Source: Chrysomallon squamiferum (taxonomy: Eukaryota; Animalia; Mollusca). From it: DNA of 64,000 nt. How positions within the stretch are numbered: position 1 is the stretch's first letter; every line of letters begins with the position of its first letter. The notes beneath the pieces were generated by a model that searched no databases, had not been told where the DNA came from, and worked only from the letters and a program-made list of their open reading frames with translations. The position numbers were made by a program, and so were the translations under genes. The stretch covers positions 43,462,001-43,526,000 of the forward strand of contig CM022665.1 of the NCBI GenBank assembly GCA_012295275.1. Reading direction: 5' to 3'. Positions 1-11,650 of this stretch are shown piece after piece.

Positions 1-204
1 TTTCTTTCTTTCTTTCTTTATTTTCATAAATTTATTTATTGAGTTATATTGCTAAATTATTATTGTGTGTGTGTTTGTGTGTGTACATATACATTTATAA
101 AATATATATATATATATATTTAATGTTTACTTATTCTATTATTATTAAATTAATTAATTAATTGTTTAATTATTATTTCAGAGGGTGGGGCCTGTCACTA
201 CAGA

Positions 205-255
205 GGGACTGACCCTGGTACTCAGAACATACGAGTCCGCTCTGCTCTACCCATG
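205..255 (-). mobile_element. Possible decayed tRNA-derived SINE head
   Basis: Reverse complement reads GGGTAGAGCAGAGCGGACTCGTATGTTCTGAGTACCAGGGTCAGTCCC: A-box-like GGTAGAGC and degenerate B-box-like GGTCAGTCCC at tRNA-like spacing. No complete cloverleaf. Confidence 0.2.
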
Positions 256-1048
256 TCACAGTGTCACTAGTGAATAGTGACATCAAGTCACTTTACTAAT
301 GTCACTGAGTACTGGATCCAGAACAGTTAATATTATAATGTAAAAAAAATAAAAAATAAAAAATAAAAAAAGTACATGAAATTTAAATAATTAAATAATA
401 ATAATAATAATAATAATAAATAATTAAAAAAAGAAGAAAAAAAGATATTTAAATAATTAAATAAATAATAATAACAAAATAAGAGAGAAAGAAGAAAATG
501 TGACAACATGAAGGTAAATACTTCAAAACCTTGAATATTTTTAATATTAAAAAATAATAATAATAAATAAATAAACAAATAACAACAACAACAATAATAA
601 TAATAAAAATTAAAACAAAAACAAAAACAACAACAACAATAATAATAAGAGAGAAAAGAAATGATTGTTTCCAATTTTTTTTTTTATCTAAGAAAGTGCT
701 TATAAAATAAATCTTTCTGCAAACAGAGAAATAGTTTTTAATCTGAAGACAGTGTGTTAGAAGTATTAATGATGTCACAAATAGATGAAACAAATAGAAA
801 AATTATGTTCAGTTGATAAAACAAAACAAACATACACATACTTCATAAATACCAAATATTTAGTGGATAACTGAACATTAATAATCGTGCTCTGGTATTA
901 GTTTTAAAAATTATCTGATATCCAAAAACCAATAGCTGACAGTAATAATAAATAATAATAATAATAATTTATGCATTTATTATAAAGCCCTAGATCAAAT
1001 ATTATTTTGTTCTCTGTATACTTGTGGCAGTGGAAAATTATTTACAAG

Positions 1049-1087
<39 letters not shown>

Positions 1088-1296
1088 AAAAATAAAATAT
1101 ATATATATATCATTGCATATCAATGTTTCTAATGGTGGTGTTAAAAGTTTAATCTTTAATTCAGCTTTAAATTCTGTTCACATCTAAATTATCACATGAA
1201 AGACAAAACAGACTTGGGAAGAAAAAACGCGACAGAGAATTAGTTGTTGATACCCAGAAGCTGTCCTACAGCCATTTTGATCTCAAACTTGTGAAA

Positions 1297-1359
1297 ATGA
1301 CAGCAGAAAGAACAGGACCAGGAACATTGACAAATCTACAGGATGCTGTTACACAAATT
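1297..1359 (+). CDS. Candidate first coding exon segment (MTAERTGPGTLTNLQDAVTQI, phase-0 donor); gene unidentified
   Basis: Acceptor-like ttaatctttaattcAG ends at 1164. The purine-rich, non-repetitive segment 1165-1359 ends in ATT|GTAAGT at 1360. The ATG at 1297 is in AAAATG context with an in-frame TAA upstream (1168-1170), consistent with a 5'UTR plus 21 codons. I found no convincing downstream exon and do not recognise the peptide. Confidence 0.4.
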
Positions 1360-1962
1360 GTAAGTAATTTATAGAAATCTACTCACTGTCCCTTTCTCTG
1401 TCTCTCTCTCTCTCTGTCTCTGTCTCTCTGTCTGACTCTCCCTAATTATATCACAGTCTCTCACTTTCTTCCCTCTCTCTCTGTCTGCTGAATGTAATGT
1501 GATTCAAACAAATGTTTATGTTTATTTCTATACATATAAATTCTAAATAACATTTCAAATCTGCTCATTTTGAAAACTAAATTTTATTTATTTAATTTTT
1601 TTTTTTTGATGAGCTGCTAATTATACTTAATATTCAATGTGTTATCAGTTTAAAATTTTCTATTTGCATTAATAAATTTGATTTTCTTTCTTTTTTTTTC
1701 ATTTCATTTTTTCTTAAGTTCATTATTTCTTTCAAGTATTTGTATCATTAATATTTGTTAACTCTGCATTCAAATAATCTTATTATACATTATTTCAGAG
1801 CAAAAAAAGATATATATATTTATAGATATATGTGTGTGTGTGTGTGTGTGGATAATTTTAAAAAAAGAATTGATTAAAAAAAGAATAAATAGAAATAATT
1901 TAAAAAAATATATATTTAAAAAACATTACCAAAAGAAAAAAGAAAGAAGAAAAAAAACTATC

Positions 1963-1993
<31 letters not shown>

Positions 1994-2230
1994 CCACAAA
2001 GTAAAAACTTCTACACACAGAAAAAAAAAAAAAACCCAGCTCTGTATGTTATTCTCATCATTACCTAAAGACTATATTTTTCTTTCATTAAAAAAGACTA
2101 TAAAAACGAATGTGTAAAGCACTCAGTGCATGTATTTCATGTTGTGTTTATATCATTACTACATTAACTCTATGTTAATTCTGACACCTGGCTCAGAAAC
2201 TAGAGATTTCTCCTTTAGTTGTTACTCTTA

Positions 2231-2425
2231 AGGAGGTCTGTATAAATAATACAGGTTTAAATGTTTGTGTTTTAAAAAAGAAGGTCTGTATATATAATAC
2301 AGGTTTAATGTTTGTTTTTTAAAAAGAATGTCTGTATAAATAATACAGATTTAAATGTTTGTATTTTTAAAAAAAGAAGGTCTGTATAAATAATACAGAT
2401 TTAAATGTTTTTGTTTAAAAAAAAT
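2231..2425. repeat. Minisatellite, 4 copies of ~50 bp (AAGGTCTGTATAAATAATACAGRTTTAAATGTTTG...TTTAAAAAAG)
   Basis: Direct tandem copies are visible; each contains the inverted pair CTGTAT-n5-ATACAG. Confidence 0.9.
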
Positions 2426-2557
2426 GAATTAATTGGTTGATAAATTTAAGTATAGAGAAATGGATGTGTGGATGAATGTACACATAAATATATAAACTTA
2501 CCTAAACACACACAGACATATGAACGTACATAATCTAAGCTATTTACCCAAAGACTT

Positions 2558-2563
2558 ACACAT

Positions 2564-2623
<60 letters not shown>

Positions 2624-2797
2624 ACATACATACATACACACACTCACACACACACATACAAATACATACACATACATACATATACAAATACATACATGCA
2701 TACATACACACATACATACACACATACATACATACATACACACACATACATACACACACACATACATATGCACATACATATATACACACATACATAT

Positions 2798-2828
<31 letters not shown>

Positions 2829-3060
2829 TACACATACATACATACATACACACATACATACATACATACCCACATATACATACATAAACACACACACATA
2901 CACACACACACATATGCACATACACACATACATACATACACACACACATACACACACACATACATACACACACACACATACATATGCACATACATACATA
3001 CATACAGATACATAAACATAAATATGCACACACACACACAAAGACGAATGCACATACACA
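2558..3060. repeat. Compound (CA)n/(CATA)n microsatellite
   Basis: Seen directly; explains the HT/CV-repeat ORFs. Confidence 0.95.
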
Positions 3061-3456
3061 CTTATCGATCTAACATGTACCATTTTTTCTACAAACATTA
3101 TTTAATTAACCTATTTCTTTTTACATCATACATTTTTTTTAAAATTTTTATTTGTTTTTTCATATATATTTTTTTTTCCAGCATTTTTTTTTTTTTTTTT
3201 TTTTTTTTATCTTGTGTTACTTCAGCTGTGCAATCCGTGACAAACGTCCATTTTTAAACTGTTCATTTTCCGCATGACTGCACGTGTCTGTGAAACCCAT
3301 GAGGAACGTCTTCACTCGGGGAAAAACAACTTTGTTAGATCCCCGCGCTCGGTGACGACTGTAGACCGGTTCTCAAGATGTACGTGTTTATACGGGTGCC
3401 AGTCAACCGTGAAGGAAGCCATTTTCTTCCAAGATGTCTCTTTAAATGCCGTCTAG

Positions 3457-3504
<48 letters not shown>

Positions 3505-3790
3505 ACTTCAGTCGTAACTTTCATGTCCCGAGATGTTTTCTGCCTGTTATTAAAATTCATTTTTATCTTCCTTTTATGTAAGTTTTTTAATTTTTAATTT
3601 TTTTTTTTTTTTTTTTTACAGTTGGAAGTTGAAGTTAGATATATTTTGAAGTGAAAGTATTGTGTAAAGTTTTTTTTTGGATATTTTTTTTTTTCTTCTT
3701 TATCTTCTTTTGTTCTTTTGTTTACAGATTTTAGTGTCTTGTGTCTGTGTGTATGTATGCACTCTTTAGGGTATGTGACTTTCCGTTCTA

Positions 3791-3848
<58 letters not shown>

Positions 3849-4409
3849 TGTCTGTGTCTGTGTGAGAGAGAAAGAGAGACTTCTCTGTATGATTAAGTTA
3901 AAATCATTTTAAATTATATATTTTAAAATCATTTTATGACCAATTTAATGTTATATTTATTGTCAATTAGTTAATAAATTGAGATTATTTTATTCACTAT
4001 TTCAGAATTATTATTATTATTATTATTATTGTTGTTGTTGAAAATTTTAATCAAGTTGCCACTCCTACTAATCTACTAGTACTACCATTATTACAACTAG
4101 TACCACCATTTCTTGCAGTACTGCTACTATTACTTAGTACATTGATTCTGTTGTCTGTTACCACTAATATTACTACTGATTCTCCTAGTATTATGATACA
4201 GATAAGCACCAAATCATTAAACCAGATGTACTAAAGGCACGTGTTCTTGTTATCAGTCAAACAACACACATCTGTTTTGCATGATGGATATGCCCTCATT
4301 CATTTCTCCAGCATCTACTACTACTACTGCCACTGCTACTACAACCACAACTGTCAAACTATTATATCAGACACGTACTAAAAAAAATCATTTGTTCACA
4401 CTCAATCAA

Positions 4410-5973
4410 GACATGTCTACAAAGCAGCATTCATTCATATATCAAAGAATCACAACTACAACAACTACTACTACTACAACTACTACTACAGCTATTCTAG
4501 AAATGCACTGAAAGACATCTACAAACTTGCATTCATTCATCCCTCCAAGAATTATTACTACTACTACAACTACTACTACTACTACTACAACTACTACTAC
4601 AGCTATTCTAGAAATGTACTGAAAGACATCTACAAACTTGCATTCATTCATCCCTCCAAGAATTATTACTACTACAACTACTACTACTACTACAACTACT
4701 ACTACAGCTATTCTAGAAATGTACTGAAAGACATCTACAAACTTGCATTCATTCATCCCTCCAAGAATTATTACTACTACAACTACTACTACTACTACAA
4801 CTACTACTACAGCTATTCTAGAAATGTACTGAAAGACATCTACAAACTTGCATTCATTCATCCCTCCAAGAATTATTACTACTACTAGAAACTGAAAGAC
4901 ACTACTACTACTACAACTACTACTACTACTACTACTACAGCTATTCTAGAAATGTACTGAAAGACATCTACAAACTTGCATTCATTCATCTCTCCAAGAA
5001 TTACTACTACAACTACTACTACTACTACAACTACTACTACAACAACTACTACAGCTATTCTAGAAATGTACTGAAAGACATCTACAAACTTGCATTCATT
5101 CATCTCTCCAAGAATTACTACAACTACTACAACTACTACTACTACTACAACTACTACTACAGCTATTCTAGAAATGTACTGAAAGACACCCACAAACTTG
5201 CACTCATTCATCTCTCCAAGAATTACTACAACAACTACTACAACTACAACTACAACATCTACTGAAATACACCTACAAACTCATTCATCTCTCCAAGAAT
5301 TACTACTACAACAACAACAACTACAACTACTGCAGCTATTCTAGAAATGTACTGAAAGACACCTACAAACTCATTCATCTCTCCAAGAATTACTACTACA
5401 ACTACTACAACTACAACTACAACATCTACTGCAGCTATTCTAGAAATGTACTGAAAGACACCTACAAACTCATTCATCTCTCCAAGAATTACTACAACAA
5501 CTACTACAACTACAACTACAACATCTACTGCAGCTATTCTAGAAATGTACTGAAATACACCTACAAACTCATTCATCTCTCCAAGAATTACTACTACAAC
5601 AACAACAACTACAACTACTGCAGCTATTCTAGAAATGTACTGAAAGACACCTACAAACTCATTCATCTCTCCAAGAATTACTACTACAACAACAACAACT
5701 ACAACTACTGCAGCTATTCTAGAAATGTACTGAAAGACACCCACAAACTCGCACTCATTCATCTCTCCAAGAATTACTACTACTACTACTACAACTACTA
5801 CTACTACTACAGCTATTCTAGAAATGTACTGAAAGACACCTACAAACTCATTCATCTCTCCAAGAATTACTACTACAACAACAACAACTACTACTACTAC
5901 TACAACTACAACAACTACAACTACTACTACTACTACAACTACTACAACTACTACAACTACAACTACTACTACA

Positions 5974-6005
<32 letters not shown>

Positions 6006-6033
6006 AACAACTACAACTACTACAACAACTACA

Positions 6034-6071
<38 letters not shown>

Positions 6072-6505
6072 AACAACTACAACTACTACTACTAACTACT
6101 ACAACTACTACAACAGCTATTCTAGAAATGTACTGAAAGACACCCACAAACTCATTCATCTCTCCAAGAATTACTACTACTACTACAACAACTACAACTA
6201 CTATTACAGCTATTCTAGAAATGTATTGAAAGACATCTACACACTCATTCATCTCTCCAAGAATTACTACTACTACTACTACTACTACAACTACTACAAC
6301 TACTATTACAGCTATTCTAGAAATGTACTGAAAGACATCTACACACTCATTCATCTCTCCAAGAATTACTACTACTACTACAACTACTACAACAACTATT
6401 CTAGAACAACTACTAAGCTATTCTAGAAATGCACTGAAAGACACAACTACCACAAACTATTCTAGAAATGCACTGAAAGACATCATTCATCTCTTGGAGA
6501 ATTAT
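4410..6505. repeat. Composite satellite: ~60-66 bp conserved core (CAGCTATTCTAGAAATGTACTGAAAGACAYCTACAAACT[TGCATT]CATTCATCYCTCCAAGAATTA) alternating with variable (ACT/ACA)n tracts, about 20 units including truncated ones
   Basis: Core copies counted by eye from ~4490 to ~6480. Truncated units at ~4885 and ~5260, a long pure triplet tract at ~5870-6115, and degenerate copies at both ends. Confidence 0.95.
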
Positions 6506-6578
6506 TCGAGTGCAATCGACTCGAGATTACCGAATCAGCTTTTCTTACTTTTTTACCTACAAACGCGACTCTTTCTTT

Positions 6579-6593
6579 CCTCCAGGGGGCGCC
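6579..6593 (+). promoter_or_regulatory. CTCF-like binding motif CCTCCAGGGGGCGCC
   Basis: One mismatch to the CTCF core CCASYAGRKGGCRS, in a CpG-containing island of an otherwise AT-rich window. It overlaps a polypyrimidine-CAG that could instead be a splice acceptor. Confidence 0.45.
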
Positions 6594-7059
6594 ACGGTTG
6601 CCGGCATCGACACCTGTTGTGATAGCATCGTCCTTCCTGCTTCTTTACACACCACTTATCGTTTCCTCGTCTTCTCCACTCTTTTTCAAGTGATCCCCGA
6701 AAAAACCTGGACTGGTGTGAGATAAACTCCTGTATACAATCATAATCGATACGAGTATATACCGGCACAGTGTGATAAGCTGTATATGTACCATGCCTGT
6801 ACGAATGTAGACTGACCCTGTGATAAAGTGAGTGTGTGTGATGTCAGTAGAAATAAACCTGTTGATAATGTGATAAATATTTATTATTTTTTTTTAAGTT
6901 ACGCCTACATGCTTGTTAATAGACAAGAAAGAAAAAGATTTGGTAAAAAAAAAAAAATAATAAAAAATAAAAAATAAAAAGGGAGGGGGGATTTATTTTT
7001 AGCCTGTCCTGGAATGCAGTGCTACATGTGTGTTTGCATGTATTTGTATGCATGTGTAC

Positions 7060-7118
7060 AAATACATACATACATACATATATATACATACACAACATAC
7101 ACACACACACACATATAT

Positions 7119-7157
<39 letters not shown>

Positions 7158-7450
7158 CATACACACATACATACACATACATACATACATACATATACAC
7201 ACACACACACACACATACATACATACATACATATATACATATATATACATACACACACACACACATATATATATATATATGCAACATACATGTACATATA
7301 TACATCCATTATAAATTATATACATATGCATATATACTCCATTCATTATATACATATGCACACACAAACCTATCTATCTACCTACACATATATACACAAT
7401 CTTAAACATACATACACACATACATTGATACGTCTGTACATACATACATA
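7060..7450. repeat. Compound (CA)/(TA)/(CATA) microsatellite
   Basis: Seen directly. Confidence 0.9.
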
Positions 7451-8094
7451 CACTGTATTTACCTGTCATAAACAAATACAAAATACTACTACAGTTGAAT
7501 TCACCTACATAACAATTGAAAAAAAAAAAAAAAAAAAAAATTAAATTAAAATTAAAAATTTTAAAACAAATTACACATACATCACTGTTTGATTCATGTT
7601 ATTTAATTTCTCATTTCCTCCGGAGGGGTTCATTCTTTTTATCTTTGTTTCTAATCTTATCCGAAACTCCCTCCCCCGAAAACCCCCACCATCTGGTGAC
7701 TCCCATGTTTAAATTGTGGCTCTGTCTGTTGTGTAATTAAAAGTAAATTCCTCCTTCGTTAAGCGAGCACCATCCCACGCACCTTTAGCCACCCCGACCG
7801 AGGAATCGCGCGGTCTGGGTGTGTAAGCAGCTACCAGTCACCTGTAAGCTTTACTCATCCCCGGTGACTCTTCCGATAAGGTGACTTTTCCGATAACGAT
7901 TCCGATAAAAGTGAAGGCTTTCCCCAGTGACGTTTCTTCCAGAATGACTTTTTGATAACAACTCCGACAAAATGACTTCACTTTTGGCATGCCACCGGTT
8001 TCATTCATTGTTTGTTAAGTTTTAATTATCTTTTTTTTTTTTTTTTTTTTTGTCTCTGGTGATGATTCAAGGAGTGGGGGTGTTGTTGTGTTTT

Positions 8095-8310
8095 TCCTGA
8101 GCTAGACTCGGGGATCATAGGGTCACGAGATCAAGTCTTTCTGGTACATCCACTAGGTTAATTTCTGCTATTGTCAAAATCCCATGACTGATTAATTAAA
8201 AGTTGTATCCTTTACTGTCTGTGAAAAATCAAAACAGGGTGTGTGTATAAAAGATATCTTGCTGTTGAGAAAGTAGCTCTTAAATATGGTTGAAGCAGGT
8301 TTCTACTCTC
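8095..8310 (+). mobile_element. Decayed tRNA-type SINE copy
   Basis: Contains ...CCCATGACTGATTAATTAAAAG...TATCC..CTGTCTGTG...TATAAAAGATATCTTGCTG...AGTAGC...GCAGGTTTCTACTCTC. This is similar to segments at 46105, 46925 and (inverted) 26345 and 63549. From memory it resembles gastropod SINE central domains. Confidence 0.55.
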
Positions 8311-8682
8311 GTACATAATGGATAATTATGAATGACATATATAAAAATAAATAGTTCTGTCTGGTTTTTAAATAACTGAATCTTCAGTCTTTTTCTTTCT
8401 ACACACACAAACATACACACACGTAATTTAGTTCACTTTTTATTATAGCATTCATAAAGAACTAAATAAAAAAATGACAGTATGAAATGAAAACTTTAAA
8501 GTTATAAATAATGAAAGATAACAAAGTTGAAAATCATCGGTATCAAAAAACCTACAATGACTGAGTTGCCATGAATTTTTCTCTCTGCACTGAAATGACC
8601 TTTTCTATTAAACTAAACTGATTTTACTGTTACAACCGAAACTGACAAAACCAAAACGGAGTCTTTTAAACTCTAACTCTTC

Positions 8683-8738
<56 letters not shown>

Positions 8739-9233
8739 TAACAATAAACCATTTTACACTACATGACTTACAAAGTGTTGTGTGTATTAATCAGATATAT
8801 TTAACAAACAGAAAAATATGAATAATAAATTTATCATAACATCTTAAAAGACAATCTGATAAATGAAATGCTGATTTCACACAAGAAGCATTAATTACAT
8901 ACTGTTGTTACTGTCACTGTTGTTGTTGTTACTGTTGGTGTTGTTACAATTAATGCCATAATCATCATCATCATCCTTAGGATTAATAGAATTATTATTA
9001 CTACTACTACTACTACTATTACTACTGCTAAAACTGCTGTTACTATTATTTTATTTTAATAATTTTATTATTATCATTGCTGTTTTATTACAATTATTAT
9101 CTTTTATTATTATCATTATTATTATAATTATTATTATTATTATTAAAACTTGAAATAGATAAAAACAAAGGGAAGTTTACTAAACCCTAAACTTCAAATA
9201 ATACAATAAAATCTCAGTGTTTGAATATAAAAC

Positions 9234-9271
<38 letters not shown>

Positions 9272-9837
9272 CCACACATATATAATACACAAAACAAAAT
9301 GGCAAATCACACCTTGTATAAGCATAATCTACACATTATTCTCAATATTTAAGCTACAAAAGGGAGTTGGCTGAATTCGGAAGCTTCAAACGTGAAATAA
9401 AAAAAAAAAAACATAATAAATATACAGTTGTTTGAAGATTAACTTGTAATGTTGTTCGTGAATAAAAACACTGTATTTCACACCCAGCACAAACAAATGG
9501 GCGTGTAAATTGAGAAACTTTCTCACACAATCTGATACCTGCCTTTTTCTTCTGTTTGTTGTTCTAAGTTCTACACAGATAGAAACAGAAACACCAGAGA
9601 TTTTTTTTTTTTTAAATAAAAAAATAAAAATGAAAAAAAATAAAAACAGTTATTTAATCCAGACCTAAATGAGCTAAATAAAAGTAAATAAGTATTGTTG
9701 ATTTTCTTCTTTCTTTCTTTCTTTCTTTAAATACAAAAACATTTATACCGGGGAAAAAAATGTATAATAATAATAATAATAAAGTTTGGAGTGGACAAAG
9801 GTTTAAAATAAAGAAAAGAAAACTGTGTGTATGTGTA

Positions 9838-9892
<55 letters not shown>

Positions 9893-10721
9893 ATAACTTT
9901 ACACACAAACAAAACAAAAAAACCCCCACATTTTTCTGTTGCTATTGTTGCATTTTGTTTCTTTTTCTTTTTTTAAAATAATTCTGCAGAAAACACAATT
10001 TACATTTTTAAACATATATTTCTATTCACAAACTTGCTGAAAATAAAATATTACAGTGATCCATTAATAAAATAAAAAATTAAAAAATTGTCCACTACTA
10101 TAATAAACATGTCTTCTTTTGTCTGCTTTACCTTGTTCTGCCAGCTCAAACCAATAAACTACTGAAATAAAAGTTCTAACAAAAGATGAGTTCTTTGTTT
10201 TGATGGACGCAGACATTTCAGGAAATATTCAATATCACAATTACCATAGTTTTGTCATTACGGCCATATTTATTTCATTTTTCAAATGATTTTCTGTATC
10301 AGCATTTTTACCATATTTTTGATATTTAACTCCATAAATTAATTTTAAAGAATTTACTTTACTGGCTTCTTTTTTAAAAAAATATTTATGAAATGTTTAT
10401 TGGTAAAAAAAAAAAAAATAGATATCCATTGTTTTCAAAATCAGTTATAATTTTTTTAATCTCTGTACAAGTTACTGTAAATATACAAACTGTGTTGCAG
10501 CATAGAAAATTTGCATAATTAACGAAAAACAGTTAAAAATGAGTTATTTATATGACTTATAATATAAATAAATAAAATAAAATGAAATTACTTCTGTTTT
10601 TCATCACTAACATGAAAATTTAATAATATAAATAAAACTTCTATCATTTATCTATATCGTTTTGGCATATAGCCATCCATTTAATTCTTTTCTTTCAGTT
10701 ACTGTTTCAATTCGGAAATCT

Positions 10722-10735
10722 GTTACCATGACAAC
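10722..10735. promoter_or_regulatory. RFX X-box GTTACCATGACAAC
   Basis: Matches the X-box consensus GTHNYY-AT-RRNAAC; a sister copy GTTACCATGATAAC lies at 10908-10921. Confidence 0.4.
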
Positions 10736-11439
10736 AGCCTTGTCCACAAAGTTTCTGGACTCCAGTGGCTCTAGCTATACTGGTAATATTTCATCACTTA
10801 GATTTTATTCTTTTCAGCTAAATAAAAATAAAAAAAAATAAATAAATATATATATATATTTATCAAATTAGATCTTTTCTTTTAATTATTATTTAATCCA
10901 GAAACCTGTTACCATGATAACTGGACTCTAGTGACCAGAAAAGGATCCTACAAGTAGGATCTTGACTTTGTCATTGAAAACCAGGAAAAACCCACAAAAA
11001 AACCCAACAACAAATAAACAGAAGCCAAAGGTTGAATAATCTGATAATTGTTATAAAAGCACCCCTCATTAATCACTTTACAACTGAAGGTGTGTTGATA
11101 AGGAGACCCTGGTGAGATTGGGAAAACCAGCTGATGTGTGTGTGGGGGGAGGGGTTACACCTACCGGGGTATCAGGTGTTTGTGATAACTGGGTAACAGG
11201 GTGATGCAATGTAACATGTAACACTGTAAAGTGGCTTTGTTTTCTGGTATCAGTGATACATTGTGCAATGTTGTGCAGTGTTAGGTAACTGAGTCTGTCT
11301 TGTAGAGAAATCTCCATCCAGGAATTAGCTCACAGATTTCTTAATCTTAACGAGTAGCTGAAATAATTTTTAACAGTTTTCGTCCAGTGTTAGAATACAA
11401 ATTAATTTGTAGGACAAACGAAGAAAAAGGATAAATCAG

Positions 11440-11650
11440 GATAAATGGAATGAAGGATAGATTAAGCTATGATAAAATGAAGTCATGATAAGTTAGGATA
11501 AGCTCAGCTAGGAGGAAGAATTAAGGACAAGTTAAATTAAAGATAGTTTAGGTTATGATAACAGAAGTTATGATAAGCTAGAATAATATGAATATAAAGT
11601 TAAGCTAAATTAAATTATGATAAATGGAAATGAGTTAAACAAGATAATAA
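11440..11650. repeat. Degenerate pentanucleotide-type repeat (GATAA/GTTAG/GCTAG)
   Basis: Recurring GATAAG/GTTAG/AAGCTA units with ~5-10 bp periodicity. Confidence 0.6.

Noticed and set aside
4442-6354. Minus-strand poly-Val 'multi-pass membrane protein'
   Set aside because: It arises from (GTA/GTT)n, the frame breaks at truncated units, and there is no promoter or splice evidence.
4410-6505. CRISPR-like repeat-spacer appearance
   Set aside because: Spacers are (ACT/ACA)n triplet runs rather than unique sequences, repeats are ~60-66 bp, there are no cas genes, and the DNA is eukaryotic.
6586-6693. Second coding exon spliced in phase 0 to the 1297-1359 exon
   Set aside because: It would read GAPRLPASTPVVIASSFLLLYTPLIVSSSSPLFFK* and stop early; the peptide is unconvincing.
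10699-10782. Possible exon (tttctttcAG ... ACTG|GTAATA)
   Set aside because: The donor is weak, only one frame is open and it is not phase-compatible with the 1359 donor, and part of the segment is locally duplicated at ~10900.
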